Shown: positions 9,524 to 19,795 of the stretch, in pieces
Layout of the letters: every line of letters begins with the position of its first letter
Position numbering within the stretch: the first letter of the stretch is position 1
Assembly (NCBI GenBank): GCA_963789955.1
Contig: CAWBMV010000022.1
Coordinates: 224,001-288,000, forward strand
Reading direction: 5' to 3'
DNA length: 64,000 bases
From: an uncultured Candidatus Rokubacteria bacterium
Lineage (GTDB): Bacteria > Methylomirabilota > Methylomirabilia > Rokubacteriales > CSP1-6
Made by a program: the position numbers and the translations under genes
Notes under the pieces: model-generated
What the model was told of the DNA's origin: nothing
What the model saw: the letters and a program-made list of their open reading frames with translations, nothing else
The model's database searches: none

Positions 9524-11878
9524 CCCCACCGGCGCGTCTCGAGAACGCGGCGGAGTATCGCGTGATCGGCACCCCGATGCGGCGCAAGGAGGATTTCCGC
9601 CTCCTGACGGGGCGCGGCAAGTACGCCGCCGACGTGCGCGTGCCGGGCCTGCTGCACGCGGCGGTCCTGCGCTCGCCGCACCCGCATGCGCGGATCGCGG
9701 GCGTGCGCACGCAGGCGGCGCGCGCACTCCCCGGCGTCTTCGCGGTGATCACCGCGGACGATCTCGGGACGGTCCCGCGCATCCCGGTGAGGCTTGGACA
9801 GCGCGCCGGGGTCGGCCCGACCGCGTGCCTGCAGCCTCCGCTCGCCACCGGGGTCGTCCGCTACGTCGGCGAGCCGATCGTCTTCGTGGTCGCCTCGAGC
9901 CGCTATCTCGCAGAGGACGCGCTCGAGCTGATCGAGATCGACTGGGAGCCGCTGCCCGTCGTCGCCGACGCGCGCCGCGCGAGCGATCCGGGCGTGCCGA
10001 TTCTTCATCCGGCGGCCGGCGGCAACGTCATCGAACGTCTGGTGACGCGCGCCGGTGACGCGTCGAGCGCGCTCGCGTCCGCCGAGCGGCGCATCACGGA
10101 GCGCTTCGCCATCCAGCGCCACACCGGCGTGCCGATGGAGACGCGCGGCCTCACCGCCGGCCACGACCCCGGGACGGGCGTGCTCACGCTCTGGGGCGTG
10201 GCGAAGGTGCCGCACTTCAACCGCCGGGTTCTCGCCGACCTGCTCGGCCATCCCGAGCACCTGATCCACTTCATCGAGCTCGAGGTGGGCGGCGGCTTCG
10301 GCGTACGCGGCGAGTTCTATCCCGAGGACTTCATGGTGCCGTGGACGGCGATGCGCCTGGGCCGTCCGGTGCAGTGGATCGAGGACCGCCGCGAGCACTT
10401 GATGGCGACCAACCACTCGCGCCAGCAGTATCACGACGTCGAGATCGGCGTCCGACGCGACGGCACGATCGTGGCCCTGCGCGACCGGTTCATGGTCGAC
10501 CTCGGCGGCGTACATCCGCACGCACGGCGTCGTCGTCCCCGAGCTCACGATCGCGCTGCTGCCGGGGCCTTACCGGATCCCGAACTACGAGTGCGAAGCG
10601 CTGTGCGTGATGACGAACAAGACGCCGACCGGCACCTACCGCGGGCCCGGGCGCTACGAGGGCACGTTCGTCCGCGAGCGCCTGATCGACTCGCGTGGCG
10701 GCCGAGCTCGGGCTCGATCCCGCCGACGTCCGGCGGCGCAACTTCATCGACGCCAGCGAGATGCCCTACGAGGTGGGCGGCGCGTCGCTGGGCCAGCGTA
10801 CCGTCTACGACTGCGGCGACTATCGATCGGCGTTCGAGCAGGCGCTGGCGGCGGCGGACTACCCGGCGATGCGCCGCGAGCAAGCGGAAGCGCGCGCGCG
10901 GGGCCGCTATCTCGGGATCGGCCTGGGCTGCGTCGCTCGAGAAGGCGGGGCTCGGCCCGTGGGAATACGCGCGCGTCGAGGTCGACGGCTCCGGCAAGGT
11001 GGTCGTCTACTCGGGCGTCGCCGCGGTCGGCCAGGGGATCGAGACGACATTGGCCCAGGTCGTCGCCGACGAGCTGGCCCTCGACGCCGAGCACGTCACC
11101 GTGGTCCACGGCGACAGCGCGCGCGTGCCGTTCGGCATCGGCGGCTTCGCGAGCCGCGGCGCGGCGGTCGCGCTCCCGGCCGCGCTCGAGGCCGCGCGCA
11201 AGGTCCGGGAGAAGATCTTCCGGGTGGCGGCCTCGCTGCTCGAAGCCCACGCCGGCGATCTCGTGCTCGATGCGCGGCAAGGTTCACGTGCGGGGGATGC
11301 CCGAGCGCTCGGTCACCTTGCGGCAGCTCGCCCGCGCGGCGGTGCCCGGTCCGCCGGGCATGGAGCCCGGACTCTACGCCGCGCACTTCTTCGAGGCGCC
11401 GAAGATGACGTACCCGTACGGGACGCACGTGGCCGTCGTCGAGGTCGATCCGGCGACCGGCCGCGTGACGGTGCGCAAGTACGTCGTGACCTACGACGTC
11501 GGCCGCGCGATCAATCCGATGATCGTCGACGGCCAGATCATGGGCGGGCTCGCGCAGGGCCTGGGCGGCGCGATCTTCGAGGAGCTCGTGTACGACGAGC
11601 AGGGACAGCCGCTCACGACGACGTTCATGGACTATCTGGTCCCGACGGCGATGGACATGCCGGAGCGCACCATCGTGAAGATTCTCGAAGAGACGCCCAC
11701 GCCGCTCAATCCGCTCGGCGTGAAGGGCGTCGGAGAAGGCGGGAGCTCCGGCGCCGGGGCGGCCATCGCCAACGCCGTGGCCGACGCGCTCGCGCCGCTC
11801 GGCGTCGCCATCACCGAGCTGCCGCTCTCACCCGACCGCCTCGCCCGCCTCGTGCGCGAGCGCGGTGCTCGCGCATGA
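9520..11878 (+). CDS. xanthine dehydrogenase/CoxL-like molybdopterin-binding large subunit; several frameshifts
   Basis: RKEDFRLLTGRG, VGGGFG, TYRGPGR, GQGIET, DGQIMGGLAQGLG and GVKGVGE spread over three frames. Confidence 0.88.
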
Positions 11879-11917
11879 TTCGGATCGCACGCACTCGACA
11901 CTCCCAGGAGATCGTTC

Positions 11918-12228
11918 ATGGCTGATCGGACAGGCCCGTGGTTGGGCAGGACCCTCGCGGCGCTCGTGTTGACTTCGTGTGTGGCGGCGGGCGCCGACGT
12001 CGCCTTGGCTGCGGACACGATCAAGGTCGGCTTCATGGCGCCGATGACCGGAATCGCCAGGCCGGCAAGGACATGCTCGAGGGACTCAAGCTGGCCTTCG
12101 AGCAGATCGGGTATCGACCGCGGGCCGGGGGACACGTACCCGATGGTCTCGCAGTTCTGGACGTACAAGCCGACGAGTTCTTGAGGATGCCCGCGTACGG
12201 CCGCGGGTACCGACCGGCCAAGCCGTAA
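11918..12228 (+). pseudogene. branched-chain amino acid ABC substrate-binding protein relic (N- and C-termini fused)
   Basis: Signal peptide plus DTIKVGFMAPMTG..AGKDMLEGLKLAFEQIGY joined directly to TYPMVSQFWTYKP..FLRMPAY; only about 100 codons. Confidence 0.65.
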
Positions 12229-12261
12229 GACGGGCCGCACGCGCACCCCGGCGCCCTGAGG

Positions 12262-14422
12262 TTATGGCTCGTCACCGGACTGCGCCGACAGGGCGAAGCA
12301 GAAGGTGGCGCCGCGATCCGAGTTGTTGGTGACCCACATGCGGCCGCCGTGCGCCGCCACGATCGAGCGGCAGATCGCAAGCCCCAGCCCCACCCCGTGC
12401 TCCTTGGTCGTGAAGAACGGCTCGAACACGCGCTCGATCTTGTCGGCTGGGATGCCGACGCCGCGGTCCGCGATCGACACCTGGACCGCGCCCGCCCCAT
12501 CGGGCCCAGTGATGACAGTCAGATGGCGGCTGGGCTGGCTCGTTCAGCTTCATGGCGTCGCACGCGTTGACGATCAGATTCAATAGCACCTGCTGCAATC
12601 CCACGCGGTCGCCACGCACCGCGGGCAGGCCGGGCGTCAGCTGGGCGGTGACGGTCACGCGATGAGCGATGAGCTCGCTGTGAGCCAAGCGGAGCACTTC
12701 GTTCGTCACCTCGTTCAGGTCGAGCGGATGGAGCTGGGTCTCGCCCTTCCTCAGGAGCGTGCGCCATCGGCGAATGACCGCGCCGGCGCGTCGGTCGTCG
12801 TCCACGATGTCCTTCAGGATGTCACGCACCTCCCCCAGATCGACGGGCTCACGGGCCAAGAACCGCTGCGCCGCCTGTGCGTTGCTCAAAATGGACGTCA
12901 ACGGCTGGCTCAACTCATGGGCGAGCGCACCGGATAGTTCGCCCAGCGTGGCCACGCGGGTCAGGTGTGTGAGCAGCTGTCGCTGTTGTTGAACCTCCAG
13001 CTCGGCCTGTTTGCGCTCGGTGATGTCGACCATCACGGACCGCAACTGGCGCCGACCATCGGCCCGGCCGGCCACGACCCGTATCATGTCGTGCACCCAC
13101 AGCACGCGGCCGTCGGCCGTCAGCATCCGGTATTGCATGACGTGGTCGTGGCCGTCGGCCGTCGCCTGTGTGCACAGCGCCACGGCCCAATCCCGATCGT
13201 CGGGGTGAACGTGATTGGCCCAGAAGTGTGGGTCGGCATACCACTCTTGCCGCGAATAGCCCAGGATGGCCTCCGCGCGGTGGTTGACGAAGGTGACTTG
13301 AAACGTCTCCGCATCGGCGTCGACGACGATCGCGTCGAGCGTGTCGACGAGGTCGCGGAAGTCCTGCGCCGACGTCTGGGCCTGTGTCCGAGCGGCCTGC
13401 TCGGCCCCAAAGAGGCGATGGTTGTGAATCGCGGCGGCGGCGTGGTCGGCGAGCCTCATCAGCACGACCTCGTCGTTGTCGCTGAACGACCGGGGTGTAC
13501 GACTGCAGACGTAGAGGAGTCCCTCGACATCCTGTCCGAGAACGATGGGGACGGCGAGAGCACTGCGGATGCCTTCGGCGTCGATCGCTTCGGCGTATTC
13601 TGGCGGCATCGGCGGCCACGCGACACGCTCGGGCGCACGCCCGAGCCGGCCACTGACCACGGCGTGACCCCCGATGCCCAGGCCCGGCACGACACGGAAG
13701 CGCCGATAGGCGTCGCTGCGTGCTCCGATGACGTGCCGGGCCGGGAAGGAGCCGTCGGCGTCGCGTACCGCCAGGCTCGTCACGTCGGCGGCGCAGAGAG
13801 CGTTGGCACCTCGCGCGATCCGGGCGAGGACCGTGTCGAGGTCGTGGCACTCCGCGAGGTCGCGCGCGACGTCGGCGACCGTCTGCGCCTCGCGGCGCCG
13901 GCGCTCGGCGTCGGCATAGAGCTGGGCGCTCTCGATCGCGATCGCGGCATGAGCGCCAAAGGCCGTCAGCATCTGGACCTCGGTGGCGCCGAGGTCCTCG
14001 GCGCGGCGCGCAACGAGCGCGAGGACGCCGACGAGCTGGCCGTGCGAGACGAGGGGAACCGCCGCGCAGGCAGCCATGCCCGCCGCGGCGAAGTAGGCGC
14101 GGTCGACCGTGCGCTGGTCGGCCAGGACGTCGGGTACCAGCAGGGTCCGTCGCTCCAGCGCGGCGTGACCGACGAGACCCTCGCCGAGGGCGAACTCCGT
14201 TCGGCCGGTCACGCGCGTCTGGTCCCGCACCCCGGCCCGCGCCCACGCCACCAGCCTCGAGCCCTCGAGGATCCAGAATGTCGCCAGCGAGTCGTTCACG
14301 AGACTGGTAGCCGACCGGACCACACGGCGGAGCACCTGGTCGAGGTCGGGCGATGCCGTGATGCTCTCAACGAGACGTAGGAGCAGGTCGAGCCGAGAAT
14401 CGAGGTTCCCGTTGTCAGTCAT
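12262..14422 (-). CDS. GAF-GAF-PAS sensor histidine kinase; frameshift near 12520
   Basis: Two GAF domains, PAS (VHPDDR), H-box LAHELSQPL, N-box QVLLNLIVNA; G boxes DRGVGI and GVGLGL in ORF 12262..12480. Confidence 0.9.
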
Positions 14423-14633
14423 CGAGCCTCTCAACCGATGTGCTCGAGATCGCCCGAGTGGACCATTACGCCCTCCAGCGGTCAAGTCTCTTTTGAGCAC
14501 GTGGGGCTGGCCCCCTCCTGAGCCCGATCATCGCGAGCGCCGCGCTGAGCCTGAACCGGTGTCCGTCGATCGGCAATGCGCTGCGGCCACGCCGCGTTTC
14601 CATATAGGATCTAGGCGCGAAAGGGGCGACACG

Positions 14634-15071
14634 ATGGGCAAGCCGGCCCGGTTCCAGCTGAAGGTGCGTCACTACGAAGTGGACCAGTACGGCCACGTGA
14701 ACCATGCGCAGTACGTCCACTATCTCGAGGTGGCGCGCATCGAGGCGCTGGACGCGCTGGGGCTGTCTCTGGGCGAGATGCGGAAGCAGGGCTATTTGAT
14801 CCTCGCTGCCGACCTGACGGTGAAGTATCTGGCGCCGGCGCGATCGGGCGACACGCTCGAGATCGTGACGTATGTCCGCGAGATCCGCGGCGCGCGGTCG
14901 ATCTGGATCCAGGAGATCCGCGAGGCCGAGAGCCAGCGGATGCTCGTCACCGCGGAGGTCACCGGCGCATTCGCGACCGAGGACGGCCGGCCGGCGCGGA
15001 CGCCGGGGAGCTTTCGCGAGAAGCTCTCGCCGCTGTGCGTGCCCGACGCCGCCGACGCTCAATCCATCTGA
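14634..15071 (+). CDS. acyl-CoA thioesterase (4HBT/YbgC family)
   Basis: VRHYEVDQYGHVNHAQYVHYLEVAR. Confidence 0.88.
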   Translation: MGKPARFQLKVRHYEVDQYGHVNHAQYVHYLEVARIEALDALGLSLGEMRKQGYLILAADLTVKYLAPARSGDTLEIVTYVREIRGARSIWIQEIREAESQRMLVTAEVTGAFATEDGRPARTPGSFREKLSPLCVPDAADAQSI

Positions 15072-15090
15072 CCGGCGCGCTGGACGATCT

Positions 15091-15235
15091 TCACGCCGCC
15101 GCGGCCCGCACGATGAACTTGTCATCGCGATCGAGATTCAGGAAGCTGTCGATCTCCGGCGTCTGGTGCAGGAGCGTGTCGTCGAAATCTTCGGCGACGC
15201 GAATGTCGTCGGCGTCGCACGGTCCACGCGCGCAT
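15091..15235 (-). pseudogene. short N-terminal gene fragment of unknown protein
   Basis: Protein-like MRAWTV/DADDIRVAEDFDDTLLHQTPEIDSFLNLDRDDKFIV followed by an abrupt stop. Confidence 0.3.
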
Positions 15236-15256
15236 GGCAACCCCGAGGTGTAGAGG

Positions 15257-16048
15257 ATGAAGACCGACCTGCTATTGATTCCGATGAGCGCACGATACCG
15301 CGACATGCGCGCCGCCGCCATCGCGGCCGAGGAAGCCGGGTTCGACGGGCTCTGGACCTGGGACCACCTGCGCGATCCGGACGGCGAGAGCGGTCCCGGC
15401 GTGCCGGAGGCGTGGACGACCTTGACCGCGCTGGCCGAAGCTACCCGGCGGATCGCGCTTGGGCCGCTCGTGCTGAACGTGGCGAATCGCCATCCTGGCC
15501 TTCTGGCCAACATGGCGGCCACGCTCCAGGCCGTCTCAGGCGGCCGGCTGCTGCTCGGTATCGGCGCGGGGGGCAGTCAGCGGACGCCCTACGCGGCCGA
15601 GCAACGGGCGATCGGGCAATCGGTCGAGCGCGATGAGGAGCGCGCCCGGAAAGTCGTCGAGGCGATCGAGCTCATGCGCCGGCTCTGGTCGGGTCACGCC
15701 GGGTTTCTGAGACCGGAGCCGCCGCCGCCGATCATCGTGGGCGGCTTCGGACCGCGGATGGCCGGTATCGCGGGCCGCCACGCCGACGGGTTCAACACCC
15801 AGGCGATGCACCCCAAGCTCGCGGAGCTCGCCCGCGTCGCCCGCGAGGAACACGGGAAGTCGGGCCGAAACGGCGCCACGTTCATCTTGACCGTCTTCGC
15901 CGGCCTTGATGATCGCTGGCTCCGCGCGGATTCCCGCGGCCGACAGATGCTCGAGGGGGCGGGTGTCGATCGGCTGATCCTGCTGCAGGAGCCCCCGTTC
16001 GACCCGGACGAAATTCGCGCGGCCGGTCGCGTCCTGGCCGCGCCGTAA
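15257..16048 (+). CDS. LLM-class flavin-dependent oxidoreductase
   Basis: AEEAGFDGLWTWDH, SGGRLLLGIGAG, PPIIVGG. Confidence 0.88.
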   Translation: MKTDLLLIPMSARYRDMRAAAIAAEEAGFDGLWTWDHLRDPDGESGPGVPEAWTTLTALAEATRRIALGPLVLNVANRHPGLLANMAATLQAVSGGRLLLGIGAGGSQRTPYAAEQRAIGQSVERDEERARKVVEAIELMRRLWSGHAGFLRPEPPPPIIVGGFGPRMAGIAGRHADGFNTQAMHPKLAELARVAREEHGKSGRNGATFILTVFAGLDDRWLRADSRGRQMLEGAGVDRLILLQEPPFDPDEIRAAGRVLAAP

Positions 16049-16072
16049 GATCCCCGCCGCGCCAGCGGGACG

Positions 16073-17011
16073 TCAGCGCGCGGCCGACGGCCGGTTGCGC
16101 TTGACGGCGTCCGGATGAGTCGAATCGGCGCCCATGTAGATCCCTTTGTCCCACGTGCGCTTCAGCGGATCTCGCACGTCGAGCCGCATGCGCCCGATTC
16201 CGTGGATCTCGAAATCGACGACCTCGCCGTTTTGCAGTGGGCCCAGCCCCTCGTGATTCGTGCCGCACGCGATGAGATCACCCGAGTTGAGCGTCATGAT
16301 CGTCGTCGCGAACTCGACGAGCTCGGGCACCAGGTGCTCCATGTCGTCGGTGTTGTAGTTGTGACGGAGCTGGCCGTCGACCCAGAACTGCACGTGAACG
16401 TCGTTGGGGTTCGGGATCTCGTCGAGCGTCGCGATGCACGGCCCGATCGGGGCGAACGTGTCGAACGACTTACCGAGCCAGCTTCCGGTCTTCCACGTCC
16501 GGCGCCCCTCACCGCGCGCCGACACGTCGATCATGCCGGTGTAGCCGAAGACGGCGTTGCGCCAGTTGTCGCGCGTGACCGACTTGGCCGGCCCCTTGAT
16601 GACCAGCGCCAGCTCGGCCTCGTGCATGAAGATCCACGGCTCGGTGAACTCCGGCAGGACGATCGTGTCCCCCGGGCCGATCACCGCGTCCGCGCTCTTC
16701 AGGAACATGTTGAGCGGCCGGGCCTCGAGCGCGCCATGCTCCCAGTAGTTGGCGATGCACGCCAGGATCTTGCCCGGTCGCGGCAGCGGCGCGCGCAGCC
16801 GGACCTCGCCGGCCAGCAGCGCCTTGCCGTCGCGGGCCAGCCGCTCGAGCGCCGGCCGCAGCCGGTCGAAGTCGTCGATGATGCCCGTCATCGTCGCGGT
16901 GGGGGTGGCGCCCGCGGGGACCGCGTCGGCGAGGCTCACCACGCCCCGGTCGGTGAAGAGGCCCGGCAGGAGCTCCGGCTTTCCGGCGATCTGAAACGTG
17001 ACCAGCTTCAC
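16073..17011 (-). CDS. fumarylacetoacetate hydrolase family protein
   Basis: PGKILACIANY, HEAELALVI, DVSAR, GKSFDTFAPIGP, GDLIACGT. Confidence 0.9.
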   Translation of the reverse strand: MKLVTFQIAGKPELLPGLFTDRGVVSLADAVPAGATPTATMTGIIDDFDRLRPALERLARDGKALLAGEVRLRAPLPRPGKILACIANYWEHGALEARPLNMFLKSADAVIGPGDTIVLPEFTEPWIFMHEAELALVIKGPAKSVTRDNWRNAVFGYTGMIDVSARGEGRRTWKTGSWLGKSFDTFAPIGPCIATLDEIPNPNDVHVQFWVDGQLRHNYNTDDMEHLVPELVEFATTIMTLNSGDLIACGTNHEGLGPLQNGEVVDFEIHGIGRMRLDVRDPLKRTWDKGIYMGADSTHPDAVKRNRPSAAR

Positions 17012-17178
17012 GGTGTCCTCCTCGTTCTCCAGTGAGAGATGATCGGCGGCCGTCCTGCGCGAGGACATAGCGCCGCGCCACCGCCGGTGTCAAGCGCCGG
17101 CTCCTGTGGGACAATGCCAGACGATTCGACACACAGACCTGAGCGCGCCACGCGCGCGCCGGCGTGATGAGGTGAGAC

Positions 17179-17676
17179 ATGCCTGAGATCAGCGGGTTGG
17201 GTCACGTGGGCCTGTTCTGCAACGACCTACCGAAGATGCGGGACTTCTACGCCCGCGTGCTCGGTTTGACGATCAGCGACGAGGACGTGGTTCGCGGCAT
17301 CTGCTTCCTGAGCGCGACGCCGGAGACAGAGCACCACGAGCTCGCGCTGGTGCAGGCGCGCGAGCCCGGGCAGAAGACGCACAACGTCCAGCAAGTATCG
17401 TTCAAGGTGAAGAGCCTGGACGACGTGCGCTCGTTCTACCACCGGCTGAAACAGGAAGGCATGAAGATCGACCGCACGGTCACCCACGGGATCGCCTGCA
17501 GCGTCTACTTCTTCGATCCCGAGGACAACCGGGTCGAGCTCTACTACACGACCCCGTACCAGGTGCGCCAGCCGTTCGGCGAGCCCATCGATCTGGACGA
17601 GCCCGACGCCAAGCTCCTGGCCTTCGCGCAGTCGTTCGAGGAGGTCAAGGGCCCGCCGCGCGGCGCACAGCGGTAG
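17179..17676 (+). CDS. VOC/glyoxalase superfamily protein
   Basis: LGHVGL, FYARVLGL, EHHELAL, SVYFFDPEDNRVELY. Confidence 0.88.
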   Translation: MPEISGLGHVGLFCNDLPKMRDFYARVLGLTISDEDVVRGICFLSATPETEHHELALVQAREPGQKTHNVQQVSFKVKSLDDVRSFYHRLKQEGMKIDRTVTHGIACSVYFFDPEDNRVELYYTTPYQVRQPFGEPIDLDEPDAKLLAFAQSFEEVKGPPRGAQR

Positions 17677-17705
17677 CCTGTCCCAAACGCCTCGAGTAGC
17701 CGAGC

Positions 17706-17985
17706 TCACCAGACGAACGGGATGAGGCGATAGTGCACGCGGCGGCGATAGTCGTCGTCGCCGGCCAGCTCTCGTGCCGGCAGCTCCTCCTCGTCGAGGA
17801 TTTGTCGACGATCAGCAGCGCGAGCACTGCCCTGACCGCCAGCGCCGAGGCCGAGCGGTCAGGCGACGAACCATGAGGACCGCGGCGAGATACATGGGGT
17901 GCCTCACGATGCCGTACACGCCGGTCGAGACGACACGATGAGCGAGCCAGCAGCGGCCTCGTCCAGAGGATTTCACGAAACAATC
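17706..17985 (-). pseudogene. isoprenylcysteine carboxylmethyltransferase-family relic
   Basis: Minus-strand fragments VVSTGVYGIVRHPMYLAAVLM and EEELPARELAGDDDYRRRVHYRLIPFVW*; no intact 5' part. Confidence 0.65.
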
Positions 17986-18066
17986 GGACGGGGGAGCGCG
18001 GCTTGAAACGGCCGCGGCGACCCGTGTACTCTCCGGTCACCCCGTCACGGTAGAGGAGACTCGCCC

Positions 18067-19245
18067 ATGTACGACTTGCTCCTGAAGGGCGGCAACGTCA
18101 TCGACCCGTCGCAGGACCTGCGCGGCACTCTCGATGTCGCGGTAGAGGACGGCAAGATCGCCAGAGTCGCCGCGAACATCCCGGCGGCGGAGGCTCGACG
18201 GGTCGTCGACGTTCCGGGCAAGACCGTGACACCCGGCCTCATCGACCTCCACACGCACGTCTTCGACGGGGTGGCCGCCAACGGCGTCCATCCCGACATC
18301 GCCGGCGTACACGCCGGCGTCACGACGGTCGTCGACGCGGGGAGCTCGGGCTGCGCGACCTTCGGCGCGTTTCCGCGTCACATCCTGCCGAAGTGCGAGA
18401 CCGAGGTCATTCCCTTGCTGCACATCTGCCAGACCGGGCTCGCCACGAACCCCGACATCATCGCCGAGAGCTCCATCGATCTCGAGAGCACGCTCCGGGT
18501 CGCGCGGGAGCACCGAGGCCTGATCAAGGGGATCAAGGCGCGCATGGTCTCGCCCGCGCTCGAGATCTTCGGGATGGAGATGCCGCGCCTGGCCAAGCGT
18601 GCCGCGCGCGAGAGCGGCGTCCCGCTCATGGTGCACATCGGCGACACGACCAAGCGCTACGACCCGAACGTGATTCGCGAGCTGCTCCCGCTGCTCGAGC
18701 CCGGCGACATCGTGACGCATCTCTTCACCGCGAATCCCGGCGGGGTTCTCGACACCAACGGCCGGCTCGTGCCCGAAGCCAAGGAGCTCGCGGCCCGCGG
18801 CGTGTGGCTCGACACGGCTCACGGCCGCATGAACTTCGGCTTCACCGTCGGCCGCCGCGTCCTCGACCAGGGGTTGACGCCACACTGCATCAGCACGGAC
18901 CTGACGATCCCCGGACGCGCCAACACCGTGCACAGCATGGTCGAGATCATGGCACGCTTCCTCGGGATGGGCTTCACGCTCGAGCAGGTGGTCGCCATGT
19001 CCACCGTCAATCCCGCGCGCGCGATCGGCGAGGCCAGCCGACTCGGTAGCCTCGCCGTGGGGCGCCAGGCCGACATCTCGGTGCTGGAGGTCCGCGACGG
19101 GCGCTGGGTGGTCTACGACACGTTGCGAGACTCGATGAAGATCGACAAGACCGTCGTGCCCGTGCTGACGGTGAAGCGCGGCCGCGTGTTCGAGCCGGAG
19201 TGGGGTCCGCATCCCTGGGGCTGGGAGCCGGAGCGAGTCGGCTAG
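18067..19245 (+). CDS. amidohydrolase/deacetylase family metallohydrolase (dihydroorotase-like)
   Basis: PGLIDLHTHV, GVTTVVDAGS, LMVHIG, ISTDL, TVNPARAI. Confidence 0.88.
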   Translation: MYDLLLKGGNVIDPSQDLRGTLDVAVEDGKIARVAANIPAAEARRVVDVPGKTVTPGLIDLHTHVFDGVAANGVHPDIAGVHAGVTTVVDAGSSGCATFGAFPRHILPKCETEVIPLLHICQTGLATNPDIIAESSIDLESTLRVAREHRGLIKGIKARMVSPALEIFGMEMPRLAKRAARESGVPLMVHIGDTTKRYDPNVIRELLPLLEPGDIVTHLFTANPGGVLDTNGRLVPEAKELAARGVWLDTAHGRMNFGFTVGRRVLDQGLTPHCISTDLTIPGRANTVHSMVEIMARFLGMGFTLEQVVAMSTVNPARAIGEASRLGSLAVGRQADISVLEVRDGRWVVYDTLRDSMKIDKTVVPVLTVKRGRVFEPEWGPHPWGWEPERVG

Positions 19246-19247
19246 CG

Positions 19248-19367
19248 ATGCAGTTCGGTCTGATGCTCCGGGTGCAGTTCCCGGACGGCGACGACCTGTC
19301 GGCGCGGCTCGCCGATCAGCTGCACACGCTGGCCGAAGACGTGTTTCCGAAGGTGCGGCGGGGCTGA
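19248..19367 (+). pseudogene. 39-aa relic of an LLM-class oxidoreductase (in-frame internal deletion)
   Basis: MQFGLMLRVQFPDGDDLSARLADQ joined to LHTLAEDVFPKVRRG*, i.e. typical LLM N- and C-termini. Confidence 0.6.
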
Positions 19368-19388
19368 CCGCCGCGCAGGGAGAGCATC

Positions 19389-19772
19389 ATGCCCAAGAAA
19401 GAGATCGTGCAGGTGAGTCCGGCGGCGCCGAACCCCAACCTATCGGCGGCCACCAAGTTCGGCAACCTCGTCTTCGTCTCCGGGCAGACCGGGCGGCATC
19501 CGGTCACCGGCGAAGTCGGCAAGGACATTCGTGAGCAGACCCGCAACGTGCTCGAGCGGATCAAGACGATCCTGGCGGCGGCCGGCACGTCGCTCGACAA
19601 CGTGCTGACCGTGACGACGCACCTGACCAAGCGCGAGGATGTCGCGGCCTACAACGAGGAGTACGCGAAGTACTTTCCGACCAACAAGCCCGCGCGCACG
19701 ACGGTGTCGGCGGCGCTGAACTCGCCCGAGCTCCTGGTCGAGATCACGGTCACGGCCTGCATCCCGAGCTGA
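19389..19772 (+). CDS. RidA/YjgF family protein
   Basis: LVFVSGQTG, EQTRNVL, PARTTV, LVEI. Confidence 0.9.
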   Translation: MPKKEIVQVSPAAPNPNLSAATKFGNLVFVSGQTGRHPVTGEVGKDIREQTRNVLERIKTILAAAGTSLDNVLTVTTHLTKREDVAAYNEEYAKYFPTNKPARTTVSAALNSPELLVEITVTACIPS

Positions 19773-19795
19773 GCCCGGTCAGCGGCCGACGCGAG

